Shown: positions 1-10,189, numbered from the stretch's first letter. The stretch is DNA of 64,000 nt from an uncultured Actinomycetes bacterium (GCA_963704885.1 CAVPIB010000004.1:192001-256000), one strand, 5' to 3'. A program made the numbers and translations. Notes: generated by a model not told the origin, from the sequence alone.

Positions 1-1086
1 ATCGACGGACGAGGCCCCGGAACCGCACCGTACACCCTCCTCGACTACTTCCCAGATGACTACCTGGTGGTGATCGATGAGTCTCACGTGACCGTGCCGC
101 AGCTCCACGGCATGTACGAGGGCGACCTGTCTCGGAAGTCCACCCTGGTCGAACATGGGTTCCGCCTGCCGAGCGCCATCGACAACCGCCCGCTGCGGTT
201 CGACGAATTCACCGAACGCGCGCACCAGGTCGTATTCATGTCGGCCACGCCCGGCCCGTACGAGCTCCGCGTCACGAAGCGGATCGTCGAGCAGATCGTG
301 AGGCCGACCGGGCTGGTCGATCCCGAGGTCCAGATACGCCCCACGAAGGGCCAGGTCGACGACCTGATCAACGAGATCCGCGCCCGCGCCGAGAAGGACC
401 AGCGCGTGCTGGTCACCACCCTCACGAAGAAGATGGCGGAGGACCTGACCGACTACCTGGTCGAGATGGGGATCCGCGTGCGCTACCTGCACTCCGAGGT
501 CGACACCTTGCAGCGCATCGAGATCCTGCGCGACCTGCGTCTGGGGGAGTTCGACGTCCTGGTCGGCATCAACCTGCTGCGCGAGGGCCTGGACCTCCCC
601 GAGGTCTCGCTGGTGGCGATCCTGGACGCCGACAAAGAGGGGTTCCTCCGTTCCCAGACGTCGTTGATCCAGACGATCGGCCGAGCGGCGCGCAACGTGG
701 ACGGCACCGTGCTGATGTACGCGGACCAGATCACCGATTCGATGAAGTCCGCGATCAGCGAGACGCAGCGGCGGCGAAAGCTCCAGATGGCCTACAACAC
801 GGAGCACGACATCGACCCGCAGACGATACGCCGGCGTGTGTCAGACATACTTCTGTCTCTCGGCGGGGATACCAAGGCGGCTACACCCAAACGGGAGCGG
901 CGCAAGCGCCCCGCCCACCCCGAGATGCCCACTGAGGAGTTGGAGCGTCTGATCCAGACGCTGGAAGACGAGATGCACGAGGCGGCGAAAGATCTGCGGT
1001 TCGAATACGCGGCGCGCCTGCGCGACGAGGTGGTCGACCTCCGCAAGGAGCTGAAGCAGCTCCGCGCGGCGGGGGTCGGGGCGTGA
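1..1086 (+). CDS. uvrB: Excinuclease ABC subunit B (5'-truncated by window edge)
   Basis: Frame open from base 1 (..[15 protein letters not shown]); motifs [28 protein letters not shown]; C-terminal UVR coiled coil FEYAARLRD. Confidence 0.97.
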   Translation: MDGRGPGTAPYTLLDYFPDDYLVVIDESHVTVPQLHGMYEGDLSRKSTLVEHGFRLPSAIDNRPLRFDEFTERAHQVVFMSATPGPYELRVTKRIVEQIVRPTGLVDPEVQIRPTKGQVDDLINEIRARAEKDQRVLVTTLTKKMAEDLTDYLVEMGIRVRYLHSEVDTLQRIEILRDLRLGEFDVLVGINLLREGLDLPEVSLVAILDADKEGFLRSQTSLIQTIGRAARNVDGTVLMYADQITDSMKSAISETQRRRKLQMAYNTEHDIDPQTIRRRVSDILLSLGGDTKAATPKRERRKRPAHPEMPTEELERLIQTLEDEMHEAAKDLRFEYAARLRDEVVDLRKELKQLRAAGVGA

Positions 1087-2111
1087 CGCTATCCATCCGG
1101 GCCGGGCTCGCGTGGCTCGGACCGGGCAGGTTGGTCGAAGACGCCCAGATCGTCTGCGACGGAGGCATCATCACGTATGCGGGGCCCGCCACGCCGATCA
1201 GCGATGCCGACGAGGCGCTCGAGGTCGGCGGGTTCCTGATGCCAGCGGTGGCCGACCGCCACGTGCATATCGAGTTGTCCGACCCCGCCGCCGTGCTGCG
1301 AGGGGGAGTGACGGCGGTGCGGGATCTGGGGTGGCCATCCGAGCGCATCTTCCCCCTGGCCGATGCGTCGGAGCTGCCGTCCTACAGGGGACCGTTGATC
1401 CGCGCGGCCGGACCCATGCTCACCGGTCACGGCGGCTATCCGACCGGTGAGACTTGGGCGCCGCCCGGGACGGGACGCGAACTCGCCGGGACCGACGACG
1501 CGATCGAGGCGGTCCGCGATCTGGTCGGGCGTGGGGCCACGGCGATCAAGGTCTCGCTGAACTTCGAGGCCGGACCCACGCCGACCGACTCGGAGCTGGC
1601 GGCCATCTGCGACGAGGCGCATCGCCACGATCTGCCCGTGACGGCGCACGCGCAGGGCGCCGGTCAGGTCGAGCGCGCGCTGGGTGCTGGGATCGAGGAG
1701 CTGGCCCATACACCGTGGTCACGCCTTTCCGACGAGGTGATCCAGAACGCCGCCGAACGGATGCGTGTCGTCTCCACCCTCGACATCCTGTCGTTCGGCC
1801 TCGACACGCCGCAGATCCGCACAGCGATCGACAACCTCCGCCGCTTCCATACAGCCGGCGGCACGGTGATCTACGGCACCGACCTAGGCAACGGTTCCAT
1901 CCCGCCCGGCATCCACACCCAGGAGGTGCTCCTGCTCCGTGACGCAGGCCTGGAGCCCGAGGAGATCCTCCATGCCATGGTGCGGGCCCCGATGGACCTG
2001 GACGCGCCCGCCGACCTGATCGCCCTCGGCCGCAGCCCGCTAGACGATCTTGCGGCGTTCGACGACCTGCGGCTCGTCATCCGTGCGGGGAAGGTCATCT
2101 TCCCACCCTGA
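1083..2111 (+). CDS. Metal-dependent amidohydrolase family protein
   Basis: DRHVH metal motif, AHA and GTD motifs; start overlaps uvrB stop (GTGA). Confidence 0.85.
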   Translation: MTLSIRAGLAWLGPGRLVEDAQIVCDGGIITYAGPATPISDADEALEVGGFLMPAVADRHVHIELSDPAAVLRGGVTAVRDLGWPSERIFPLADASELPSYRGPLIRAAGPMLTGHGGYPTGETWAPPGTGRELAGTDDAIEAVRDLVGRGATAIKVSLNFEAGPTPTDSELAAICDEAHRHDLPVTAHAQGAGQVERALGAGIEELAHTPWSRLSDEVIQNAAERMRVVSTLDILSFGLDTPQIRTAIDNLRRFHTAGGTVIYGTDLGNGSIPPGIHTQEVLLLRDAGLEPEEILHAMVRAPMDLDAPADLIALGRSPLDDLAAFDDLRLVIRAGKVIFPP

Positions 2112-2152
2112 TCCGGGTTGCAACGCCCGTCGCGAAAGGGTAGACACGCGCC

Positions 2153-3235
2153 ATGGCACAGACCGAACGACCGGCGGGGATCGCCGTGACCGACGAGATC
2201 ACCTTAGAGGAGCTCCAGCTCGCCGCTCGGAACCACGGCATGCCGCTCGAGGCGCTCCGCTACGACGTGACGCCGATCGGGATGCACTACCTCCTGACTC
2301 ACTTCGATGTCCCTGAGGCGGATGAGGCCTCGTGGATCGTGTCGATCGGCGGCCGCGTCCGGCGCCCGTTCGTGCTCTCGATGGATGACGTCCGCTCGCG
2401 GCCGGAGGTCACCATGCAGGTGACCATGGAGTGCGCCGGCAACGGGCGAGCCAGGTTGCACCCGCGGCCGATCAGCCAGCCGTGGCTCTCTGAGGCGATC
2501 GGAACCGCCGAGTGGACCGGTACGCCGCTCCGGCCACTGCTCGAAGAGGCGAGCCTCGAGGACGACGCCGTCGAGCTCGTCTTCGCTGGCGCCGACCACG
2601 GCACGCAGGGAGGGATCGAGCAGGACTACGAACGGAGCCTCACGATCCTCGACGCGATGCGCGACGAGGTCCTCCTCGCGTATGCGATCAACGGACAGCC
2701 GCTCCCGCCGCAGCACGGGTTCCCGCTCCGGCTGCTCGTTCCGGGGTGGTACGGCATGACGAGCGTGAAGTGGCTCCGGCGGATCACCGCCGTCGCCGAG
2801 CCGTTCGACGGGTACCAGATGGACGCCTACCGCTTGCGACAGGAATCAGGCGATGAAGGGATCCCCGTCACCCGTATGCAGCCGCGTGCGCTGATGATCC
2901 CGCCCGGGTTCCCTGAGTTCTTCTACCGAACGCGGACGCTGGACGCCGGGCCCACCACGCTGGAGGGGCGCGCGTGGTCGGGATCGGGCCTCGTCACACG
3001 GGTCGAGGTGAGCGCTGATGGGGGAACGAGCTGGGATGACGCGGCGCTGGAGCCCCCGGCGGGACCGTACGCCTGGCGCCGCTGGACGTTCGGATGGACG
3101 GCCGTTCCAGGCGAGCATGAGCTCGTCGTGCGTGCCACCGACGACGCCGGGGATGTTCAGCCGCTCGACGCACGGTGGAACCACCACGGCCTCCTCAACA
3201 ACATGGTGCAGCGGGTGCCGGTCATCGTCCGCTAG
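2153..3235 (+). CDS. Sulfite oxidase-family molybdopterin oxidoreductase
   Basis: MECAGNGR (Mo-ligating Cys), HGFPLRLLVPGWYG, SVKWL, C-terminal Mo-co dimerisation domain (GRAWSG..RVEVS); no signal peptide seen. Confidence 0.9.
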   Translation: MAQTERPAGIAVTDEITLEELQLAARNHGMPLEALRYDVTPIGMHYLLTHFDVPEADEASWIVSIGGRVRRPFVLSMDDVRSRPEVTMQVTMECAGNGRARLHPRPISQPWLSEAIGTAEWTGTPLRPLLEEASLEDDAVELVFAGADHGTQGGIEQDYERSLTILDAMRDEVLLAYAINGQPLPPQHGFPLRLLVPGWYGMTSVKWLRRITAVAEPFDGYQMDAYRLRQESGDEGIPVTRMQPRALMIPPGFPEFFYRTRTLDAGPTTLEGRAWSGSGLVTRVEVSADGGTSWDDAALEPPAGPYAWRRWTFGWTAVPGEHELVVRATDDAGDVQPLDARWNHHGLLNNMVQRVPVIVR

Positions 3236-3250
3236 TCTGAGTCAGACTAG
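3231..3250. repeat. Palindromic motif copy 1: G-CTAGTC-TGAGTCA-GACTAG
   Basis: Seen directly; related copies at 6711-6730 and 58391-58410, all at convergent gene ends. Confidence 0.8.
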
Positions 3251-3859
3251 TCGGCTAAGTCTATCGACCAGGTTGGCCGCCCCAAAGAGAGGCCGTTGCC
3301 CTGTCAGGAGTACGAAGGCAGCGACCAGCTCTGCGCCGGTGGCCGGTGAAGGGAGGAGTGGTGCGATGGACCCCTCTCCTAGTCCCCAAGCGATGATCTC
3401 GGCAGCCTGCTCGAAGCCGCGTTCCTTCCACGGGACCGACTCGTCGTCCCACACACGGATGTCACGCAGCGCCAAGAACCGGGCCCGGATGCCTTCGTCA
3501 ACGTTGGCAACCGTCCACGCGTGGGCGACCTCATGGAGCGCGAACTTTCGCGCGTACGGCTCGGATGAACGACCGGTGCACAGGTCGATACGCCCTAGCC
3601 ACCAATAGCCGATCTTGCCATGGCATGGAGCCGTTGATCCATGGAGGAATACTAGGGTCGGCGGGAGCGGCCAAAGAGCGGCCAACCGGAAGCGCTCGAT
3701 GGCCCATTCGACACCTGCCCTCTGCGCGGCATGGCCCCCGTAGATGATGGTGCCGCTCGCGAGTGAGGACACCGTCGAGGTCGGACCGAGGAACGCGATC
3801 GATGCCGATAGTGCGACAAGCACTGCGAAACGGCTGGTCGGGCTGCTCGTTGTGTCCAT
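3242..3859 (-). CDS. Putative secreted zinc metallopeptidase-like protein
   Basis: N-terminal hydrophobic signal-like segment; HEXXH motif (ALHEVAH) with a downstream E..AE; divergent from the SARP-kinase gene. Confidence 0.6.
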   Translation of the reverse strand: MDTTSSPTSRFAVLVALSASIAFLGPTSTVSSLASGTIIYGGHAAQRAGVEWAIERFRLAALWPLPPTLVFLHGSTAPCHGKIGYWWLGRIDLCTGRSSEPYARKFALHEVAHAWTVANVDEGIRARFLALRDIRVWDDESVPWKERGFEQAAEIIAWGLGEGSIAPLLPSPATGAELVAAFVLLTGQRPLFGAANLVDRLSRLV

Positions 3860-3982
3860 GCCCCGACGTTCGGGGCGGGCACTCGCTGATCGGCCGCAAT
3901 GCGCTGGAGGATCGCTGGAAGGTGCCCCTCGTCACCCGTATCGCCCTCGACTTGACGGGAGCGTCGGCATAGCGTTCTGCTC

Positions 3983-6676
3983 GTGGAGTTCCGGATCCTT
4001 GGACCGCTGGAGGTCTGGTCGGCCGATCGTTCCCTTCCGCTCGGGGGACCTAAGCAGCGCGCCGTCGTAGCCCAGCTGATCCTTCGCGCTAACCAAGTCG
4101 TGACGGCGGAGCAGCTGATCGATGAACTCTGGGGCGAGGAACCTCCGGAAACCGCGCGGAACACACTGCAGACGTACGTCTATCGGCTGCGGAAGGTGTT
4201 GGGCGAGGAGCGCATCGAGTCTGCCGCCGGCGCCTATCGACTCCGTGCGGACCCCAGTGAGATCGACTCAGCCCGGTTCGAGGTCCTCGTGCGCGAGGCC
4301 CGCCGGTTGCTCGACTCGGATCCGGAAGGTGCCCTCGCGCGCCTGGACGAGGCACTCGCGTCTTGGCGGGGACCCGCCTTCTCGGACCTGCCTGGCGACC
4401 CGTCGCTCCGAGGTGAAGTGGCGAGGCTGGAGGATCTTCGTCTCGTGGCGATAGAACAACAGATCTCGGCCCGGCTCGCGCTAGGTCGGCACACAACCGT
4501 GATCGGCGCACTCGAGAGCTTGACCGGTCGGTATCCGCTCCGCGAGCGGCTGTGGGGGGGCCTGATGCTCGCGCTGTACCGCAACGGTCGGCAGGCGGAG
4601 GCCTTGGACGCGTATCGCCGCGCCAGGGAGGTGCTCGCGGAGGAGCTGGGCATCGATCCGTCCCCTGAGCTCCAGCAGCTCCACGAGCGGATCCTCCGCC
4701 AGGACCCGGAGCTGGTCGAAGCGACGCCGATTCCTCGCTCGACCCGGTCGGTAGCGGGGGAGCTCACCCCCGGGAGTAGCTTCGCGGGTTACCGGATCGA
4801 CTCCGTGCTCGGTCGCGGTGGCATGAGCGTCGTGTACCTGGCGGAGCACCTCTCGCTCAGGCGGAAGGTCGCGCTGAAGGTCCTCGCCCCTCAGCTTGCG
4901 CAAGACGTTCGGTTCCGCGAACGGTTCGTGCGAGAGTCCCGGATCGCGGCAGGGATGGAGCACCCGGGGATCGTCCCGATCTACGAGGCCGGTGAAGACG
5001 ACGGCCTCCTGTTCATCGCCATGCGGTACGTACCGGGTACGGATCTCGGAGGCCTGATCCGGAGCGAAGGCGTGCTCCCGTCCGATCGTGTCGCCTGGAT
5101 CGTCGGCGAGTTGGCGTCTGCTCTTGATGCTGCGCACGCACGTGGCCTCGTTCACCGAGACGTCAAGCCTGGGAACGTCCTCGTGGTCGAGGGAGGAGGG
5201 AGGGAGGGCCGTGACCTCGTCTATCTCTCGGACTTCGGGCTCACGAAGCGACTCGAAGGGGGAACCGGCGGCCTCACGCAGATCGGGCAGTTCGTGGGAA
5301 CCGTCGACTACGTCGCCCCCGAACAGATCGAGGGGAAGCCGCTCGACGGTCGCACCGACGTCTATTCCCTTGCGTGCTTGGTGTTCGAGTGCCTGGTGGG
5401 GAACCCGCCGTTCGCTCGCGATGAACCGATGGCCGTCCTCTACGCGCACCTGCGAGAACGCCCACCTCGCCTGACGAGCCCGGAGTTGCCGGCTGAGGCT
5501 GATCGCGTGCTCGCGAGAGCACTCTCCAAACGCGCAGCTGATCGGTTCCCGACGTGCGGATCGTTCGCGTCGGCGTTCCGTGAAGCGCTCGGCGCGCTCG
5601 CTGGTGAGGGACTCGGGGAGGACGGTCGCGCCGTCCATCGGTCGGCGAGGAGGCGCACCGGGGTCGCGGCGCTCGTGGCCACCCTGGCCGCCGGAGCGAT
5701 CGTGTTCGCCCTCGCCAGTGGGGGAACGCCGGTCGCCGATGGTGGTGAGGACTCCCCGGCGCCGACGCAGAGCCTCGGTCCCACCTCGAGCTCGACACCC
5801 GCACCGCATTTCGCCACAGTGGAGCGGGCCCTGTCGTCCGATGAGACGCGTCTCCAGAGCTATCTCCCCGAGGGCATGACCGACTGCTTGCCGCTTGATC
5901 GCGCGAACCCGGTCGGGGCCCAGCTGGCGGCGCTCGTCTGTCACGACGAGCCGGTCGAAGTCCTCTACCAGCTGTTCCCGCGCCTCGACCTTATGGACGC
6001 GGCCTTCGATGTCAACGCCAACATGAGAAGTGCCCCGGCAGGGGAGTGTGCCACCGACCGGGTCGCCGTGACCGCGTACACCGTTGGGGGCGAAGCTGCG
6101 GGCCGCGTCTTGTGCTATACGCAGAGACCGGCGGGAGCGTCCGAATTCGGACCGAATCTGGATCCGGTGGAGGGCGAATCCCACATCGAATGGACGGACG
6201 CAAGGCTCTTGATCTACGCACAAGCGATCCGGAACGACCTGTTCGATCTCACGCTGTACGACTGGTGGCGATCGTACAGCGGCCCGGTGATCCCGACCGA
6301 GGATGGTGCGATCGGGCTCCAGAAGGACCTGCCAACCGAGGCGACAGCAGCGCCTCACGGTACGTATCTCCTCTCCGTGGGCCCGAGTGACGACGTCACC
6401 GAGCCGGGAACGTACGACATACGGTTGCGCGGCGGCGCCTACGAGATCGATATCGATGGGTCGCTCAGCCAGACTGGCGCGCTCTTCTACCGCAAACCGG
6501 ACATGGTGGTCTTCGTTCCGGAAGAGGGGCGGTGCAACCACCCGACGGCATCGCCTATGCCAGCGCGGTACGGGTGGTCGATGTCTGGCGCTCGCCTGAC
6601 GTGGGAGTTCCGTGGCGGCGGGAGCTGCGCGGGACCTCAAGTCGGTGCTGGGCGACTCCTTTGGATCCGAGCATAG
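3983..6676 (+). CDS. SARP/AfsR-type regulator (winged HTH + BTAD) fused to a Hanks Ser/Thr kinase, TM helix and extracytoplasmic domain
   Basis: MEFRILGPLEV, LIDELWGEEPP, PLRERLW..LMLALYRNGRQAEAL, EELGIDPSPEL (BTAD); kinase GRGGMS, VALK, HRDVKPGN, DFG, YVAPE, DVYSL; TM GVAALVATLAAGAIVFALA. Confidence 0.9.
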   Translation: MEFRILGPLEVWSADRSLPLGGPKQRAVVAQLILRANQVVTAEQLIDELWGEEPPETARNTLQTYVYRLRKVLGEERIESAAGAYRLRADPSEIDSARFEVLVREARRLLDSDPEGALARLDEALASWRGPAFSDLPGDPSLRGEVARLEDLRLVAIEQQISARLALGRHTTVIGALESLTGRYPLRERLWGGLMLALYRNGRQAEALDAYRRAREVLAEELGIDPSPELQQLHERILRQDPELVEATPIPRSTRSVAGELTPGSSFAGYRIDSVLGRGGMSVVYLAEHLSLRRKVALKVLAPQLAQDVRFRERFVRESRIAAGMEHPGIVPIYEAGEDDGLLFIAMRYVPGTDLGGLIRSEGVLPSDRVAWIVGELASALDAAHARGLVHRDVKPGNVLVVEGGGREGRDLVYLSDFGLTKRLEGGTGGLTQIGQFVGTVDYVAPEQIEGKPLDGRTDVYSLACLVFECLVGNPPFARDEPMAVLYAHLRERPPRLTSPELPAEADRVLARALSKRAADRFPTCGSFASAFREALGALAGEGLGEDGRAVHRSARRRTGVAALVATLAAGAIVFALASGGTPVADGGEDSPAPTQSLGPTSSSTPAPHFATVERALSSDETRLQSYLPEGMTDCLPLDRANPVGAQLAALVCHDEPVEVLYQLFPRLDLMDAAFDVNANMRSAPAGECATDRVAVTAYTVGGEAAGRVLCYTQRPAGASEFGPNLDPVEGESHIEWTDARLLIYAQAIRNDLFDLTLYDWWRSYSGPVIPTEDGAIGLQKDLPTEATAAPHGTYLLSVGPSDDVTEPGTYDIRLRGGAYEIDIDGSLSQTGALFYRKPDMVVFVPEEGRCNHPTASPMPARYGWSMSGARLTWEFRGGGSCAGPQVGAGRLLWIRA

Positions 6677-6710
6677 GCCGGGACGGGCTCATCGAGCACA
6701 GTTCACGTTC

Positions 6711-6730
6711 GCTAGTCTGAGGTGGACTAG
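6711..6730. repeat. Palindromic motif copy 2: G-CTAGTC-TGAGGTG-GACTAG
   Basis: Seen directly; 21/25 identity of 6706-6730 to 3226-3250. Confidence 0.8.
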
Positions 6731-7878
6731 ATCAAGGCTCGGAGTTCGTCGAAGCAGCGATCGACGTCCTCCTCGGTGTTGAAGAAGTGGGGGCTGATCC
6801 TAAGGCCGTCCCCCCGGAAGTCAGTGCAGACGTCGCGGTCGAGCAACGCATGACAGATCCTCGCGGCTTGGGGTCCGACCCCCACGTTCACCACGCCGCC
6901 TCGCGCCTGGCGAGAGCGTGGCGTCCGCACCGGCAGTCCGGCCTCATCCGCTCGGGCGATCACGTGATCGGTCAGCTCGCCCTGACGTTCGCGGATCCGC
7001 TCGGGTGTGGCCTCCGCGATGATGTCCAGGCCGCCCTGCGCGATGAAGAACACGGGCGCCGGCGGCGTCCCGTGCTCCAGCCTTCGCGCGGTCGGGTGGT
7101 ACTCGAGGTGCTGGTTATCGAACGAGAACGGCTCGCTCGTGGCGAACCACCCGGTAACGGCTGGCTCCAAGTTCGGCAGTAGCTCGCGGCGCGCGTAAAG
7201 GAAGACCGTCCCGGGGCCGCCCAGAAGGAACTTGAGGGTCCCCGCGACGTACAGGTCGCAGCCCAGGTCGTGCAGGTCCAGCGGGACGATCCCGATGCCG
7301 TGGTAGTCATCGACGAACGACAGGGCACCTCGTTCGCGTGCCAAGGTGCAGATCGCCTTCGCATCGACGATCGCGCTCGACCGATACAGAACGCGGTTCA
7401 CCATCACCAGGGCGGTCCGTTCGTCGATCGCTTCCTCGTAGGCCTCTATCGGGATCGTGAGGCCGTCCTCTGACCGAAGCCAGACGATCTCGGCGCCGCG
7501 TGACCGCTGGGCGAGCCAAACATGCCCGTCGGTGGGGAAGTCCAACTCGGACATGACGATCCGGTTGCGCTCGCCGGTGAAGGTCAGGCAAGTCGCGATC
7601 GTTGCCAGGGCGATCGAGGTGTTGGTGGTGATCGCCAGCTCGTCGGTGTCGCAACGAGTCAAGGTCGCGAACGTCTGCTTGAGCGTGGCCATCCGCGGGA
7701 AGATGTCCTCCATCCACACGTGATCGGGCGCGCCCTTGGTCGCCCAGGCGTCCATGTAGTCGGCCAGATAGCGCTGCGACCGTGTCGACACGGGACCGAG
7801 TGACGCGCTGATCAGATAGGTCTTGCGCTCGAGCACCGGGAACTCGTCCCGGTAGGAGAGCAGCGAGCGCTCAGGCGT
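6727..7878 (-). CDS. Aminotransferase class V / kynureninase-like PLP enzyme (start uncertain; ACG at 7878 proposed)
   Basis: YRDEFP..YL N-terminus, DDYHGIG, PLP lysine in AGTLKFLLGGPG, LRISPHFFNTEEDV. Confidence 0.85.
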   Translation of the reverse strand, partial: TPERSLLSYRDEFPVLERKTYLISASLGPVSTRSQRYLADYMDAWATKGAPDHVWMEDIFPRMATLKQTFATLTRCDTDELAITTNTSIALATIATCLTFTGERNRIVMSELDFPTDGHVWLAQRSRGAEIVWLRSEDGLTIPIEAYEEAIDERTALVMVNRVLYRSSAIVDAKAICTLARERGALSFVDDYHGIGIVPLDLHDLGCDLYVAGTLKFLLGGPGTVFLYARRELLPNLEPAVTGWFATSEPFSFDNQHLEYHPTARRLEHGTPPAPVFFIAQGGLDIIAEATPERIRERQGELTDHVIARADEAGLPVRTPRSRQARGGVVNVGVGPQAARICHALLDRDVCTDFRGDGLRISPHFFNTEEDVDRCFDELRALI

Positions 7879-8149
7879 CGGGGTGCTCCTCGAGGTACTC
7901 CACGTACATCGGTCGGAGCGCCTCGCCCAACTCTCCCTCGCCGGCATCGTAGAGGTCGTTGATCAAGGCGAGCGGACGGGCGATATCTACCTTGCTTCGC
8001 TCGTCGTCGCCGATGACCTCCTCCGCCACGGGGAGCGCCTTCACCAGATCCCAGAGGAAGCCCACGTCCAGATGGTGCTTGGCGCGGTCGATCGCGCGGT
8101 CGTACAACTCTTTCGTGGTCAGGAGCTCGAGCTCTTCACGGGTCGACAT
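7871..8149 (-). CDS. Small acidic hypothetical protein
   Basis: 92-aa ORF with GC3-rich codon usage, packed between the peptidase and aminotransferase genes on the same strand. Confidence 0.7.
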   Translation of the reverse strand: MSTREELELLTTKELYDRAIDRAKHHLDVGFLWDLVKALPVAEEVIGDDERSKVDIARPLALINDLYDAGEGELGEALRPMYVEYLEEHPDA

Positions 8150-8158
8150 GCGTCCAGC

Positions 8159-10141
8159 CTACTCAGCCGCGGGAGCGGGCGGCATGAACCGCTCGAACCA
8201 CGCGAGCGTGCGGGTCACCAGATCGAGCAGGGCCGGGAAGTTCCGGACGCCGTGACCTTCCAGCGGATACAGCGCCAGGTCGGTGGGGACGCCGTGCTCG
8301 CGGAGGGCCCGGTGGAACTCGGTCGCCTGCCCGATCGGGGTGGCGCGGTCCAGATACCCGGCGGTGAGGAGCGTAGGGGTCCGGTTGCGGTCGGCCAGAA
8401 GGACGGGGCTCCGCTCGTGGTAGTGGGCCTGTCGATCGTGCGGATCGCCGCCCAGGAAGTCCTGTGCCCAGACGCCGAGGTTGCTGTCGAACCGCTCGGA
8501 GTACCAGTCGGTCACAGGCGCGATCGAGACGGATGCGGCGAAGCGCTGATCGAGACATGGGAGGAGCGCCGCCATGAAGCCACCGTAGCTCCCGCCGAAT
8601 ACCCCGAGCCTGGTTGGATCGGCCACGCCCGAACTCAGCACGTGGTCGACCCCGGCGAGGAGGTCCAGCGCGTCGGCGCCCCCCATATCACCGACGACCC
8701 GAGAAGCGAAGTCCCGCCCTCGCCCCCAGGAACCGCGCGGGTTCGGCTGGAGGAGTGCGTAGCCGCGTGCCAAGAGGAGCCCGAGGAACGTCCCCGGCCA
8801 GAGGTCGGCGTACGCCCAGACCGGGCCGCCGTGCACGTCGAGGATCAGCGGGAATGGGCCTTCTCCGGCGGGAAGGGTCAAGAAGCCCTGGATCTCCAGA
8901 CCGTCCGGCGCGGACCATGTGAGTACCTCTCTCGAGGCTACCGCCGACGCCACCGCCTCCGTTCCCTCGGTCACCGTCGAGACGATCGTGCGCGGTTCAC
9001 CGTCCGCCACGACCACGATCTCGGGGGGGCGGGTAGCGGAGTTCCGCGTGGTGACGACGTCGTCGCCGATCGGCGCTGCCGCTAGGAACAGGGCGCCGCA
9101 CCCCTCGCTAGTGGCCCAGCGTTCCTGCGCCGCGCCGGCGTCGGTGTTGACGTCGAGCAACACGGTGTCCAGACCGCGGATGCCGGTGGCCAAGAGCGCG
9201 CCGTCCGCACGCCAAGCGAGCCAAGCGACATCGACATCCAGCGTGTTCACCCGGCGGACGTCGTCGCTCCTCGGATCGAGGAGCAGGAGCTCGCCGGCCA
9301 CGATCAGTCGGTCACTGCAGATCGCTTCGACGACGGCTGCGAGGCTGCCGTCGGGAGCGGCCGAAACCCACCCCAGCTGCACGTCCGTCTCGAAGAGCGT
9401 TCGGTCGGTCCTGACAGCGGGGTCGATCGCGACGACGCGTGAGCGGTACCAGGCGCCCTCGCCGGGCTCGTCCGAGGCGATCGCGACGATCAGATCGTCA
9501 CCGCACCAGGCCGCCTCCCAGATGTTGAGGTCGCCTCGACACGCCGGGGAGATCTCACCCGATTCGACGTCGAGCGTCACCAGCCGCCGTCGCGTCGCGT
9601 CCAGCCGGTCCGAGGACTCCACCGCAGGGACCCAGGCCGGCAGCTCATCCGACCGCCCCACCACGCCGGACCCGACGGCGTCGGACTGCTCCGCCTCCAG
9701 GCCTGCGACGACGATCAGGATCATGGAACCGTCGGGCGACCACGCGTGCGACTCCGCGACGCCTTCGACCTGCGGGAGCGCTCGGGCCTCGCCGATCGCA
9801 TCGGAGTCGAGCGCGAATAGCTGGTGCTTGCCCGCCTCCGCCCGGTCCGACCTGAAGGTCAACGTCCGTCCGTCCGGCGACCATCGCGGCTGATCGTCGT
9901 CGTTGGGGCCGTCCGTGATCCGCCGGCTCGACGACCCGTCGACGCCGGCGAGCCCGATCCGTCCGACGGGATGGCCCTCGAGCCGTTCCAAGACGTCGCC
10001 CCGGAACGCGATCCACCGACTGTCGGGGGAGGGCCGCGGGTCGGACACGTCCGAGAACTCGCCGAACCCCGGCCCAAGGGCCCGGCGGTAGAAGTCCTCC
10101 ACCTCCTTGTAGAGAGGTGTCTCGCGAAGGTCTCTGTCCAT
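8159..10141 (-). CDS. S9 family (prolyl oligopeptidase / acylaminoacyl peptidase-like) serine peptidase
   Basis: PD40-like repeats (PRWSPDG), VHGGP, NPRGSWG, nucleophile GGSYGG, C-terminal Asp and EGH His. Confidence 0.92.
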   Translation of the reverse strand: MDRDLRETPLYKEVEDFYRRALGPGFGEFSDVSDPRPSPDSRWIAFRGDVLERLEGHPVGRIGLAGVDGSSSRRITDGPNDDDQPRWSPDGRTLTFRSDRAEAGKHQLFALDSDAIGEARALPQVEGVAESHAWSPDGSMILIVVAGLEAEQSDAVGSGVVGRSDELPAWVPAVESSDRLDATRRRLVTLDVESGEISPACRGDLNIWEAAWCGDDLIVAIASDEPGEGAWYRSRVVAIDPAVRTDRTLFETDVQLGWVSAAPDGSLAAVVEAICSDRLIVAGELLLLDPRSDDVRRVNTLDVDVAWLAWRADGALLATGIRGLDTVLLDVNTDAGAAQERWATSEGCGALFLAAAPIGDDVVTTRNSATRPPEIVVVADGEPRTIVSTVTEGTEAVASAVASREVLTWSAPDGLEIQGFLTLPAGEGPFPLILDVHGGPVWAYADLWPGTFLGLLLARGYALLQPNPRGSWGRGRDFASRVVGDMGGADALDLLAGVDHVLSSGVADPTRLGVFGGSYGGFMAALLPCLDQRFAASVSIAPVTDWYSERFDSNLGVWAQDFLGGDPHDRQAHYHERSPVLLADRNRTPTLLTAGYLDRATPIGQATEFHRALREHGVPTDLALYPLEGHGVRNFPALLDLVTRTLAWFERFMPPAPAAE

Positions 10142-10167
10142 CCGCGAAGGATAGGCCCCAGATGGCG

Positions 10168-10189
10168 TGTCGGGCGTCGCCTTTACACT
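10168..10189 (+). promoter_or_regulatory. PafBC (RecA-NDp)-type promoter TGTCGG-N10-TACACT
   Basis: Exact match to the mycobacterial PafBC consensus TGTCGG-N10-TA-N3-T, 7 nt before the uvrA GTG. Confidence 0.75.
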
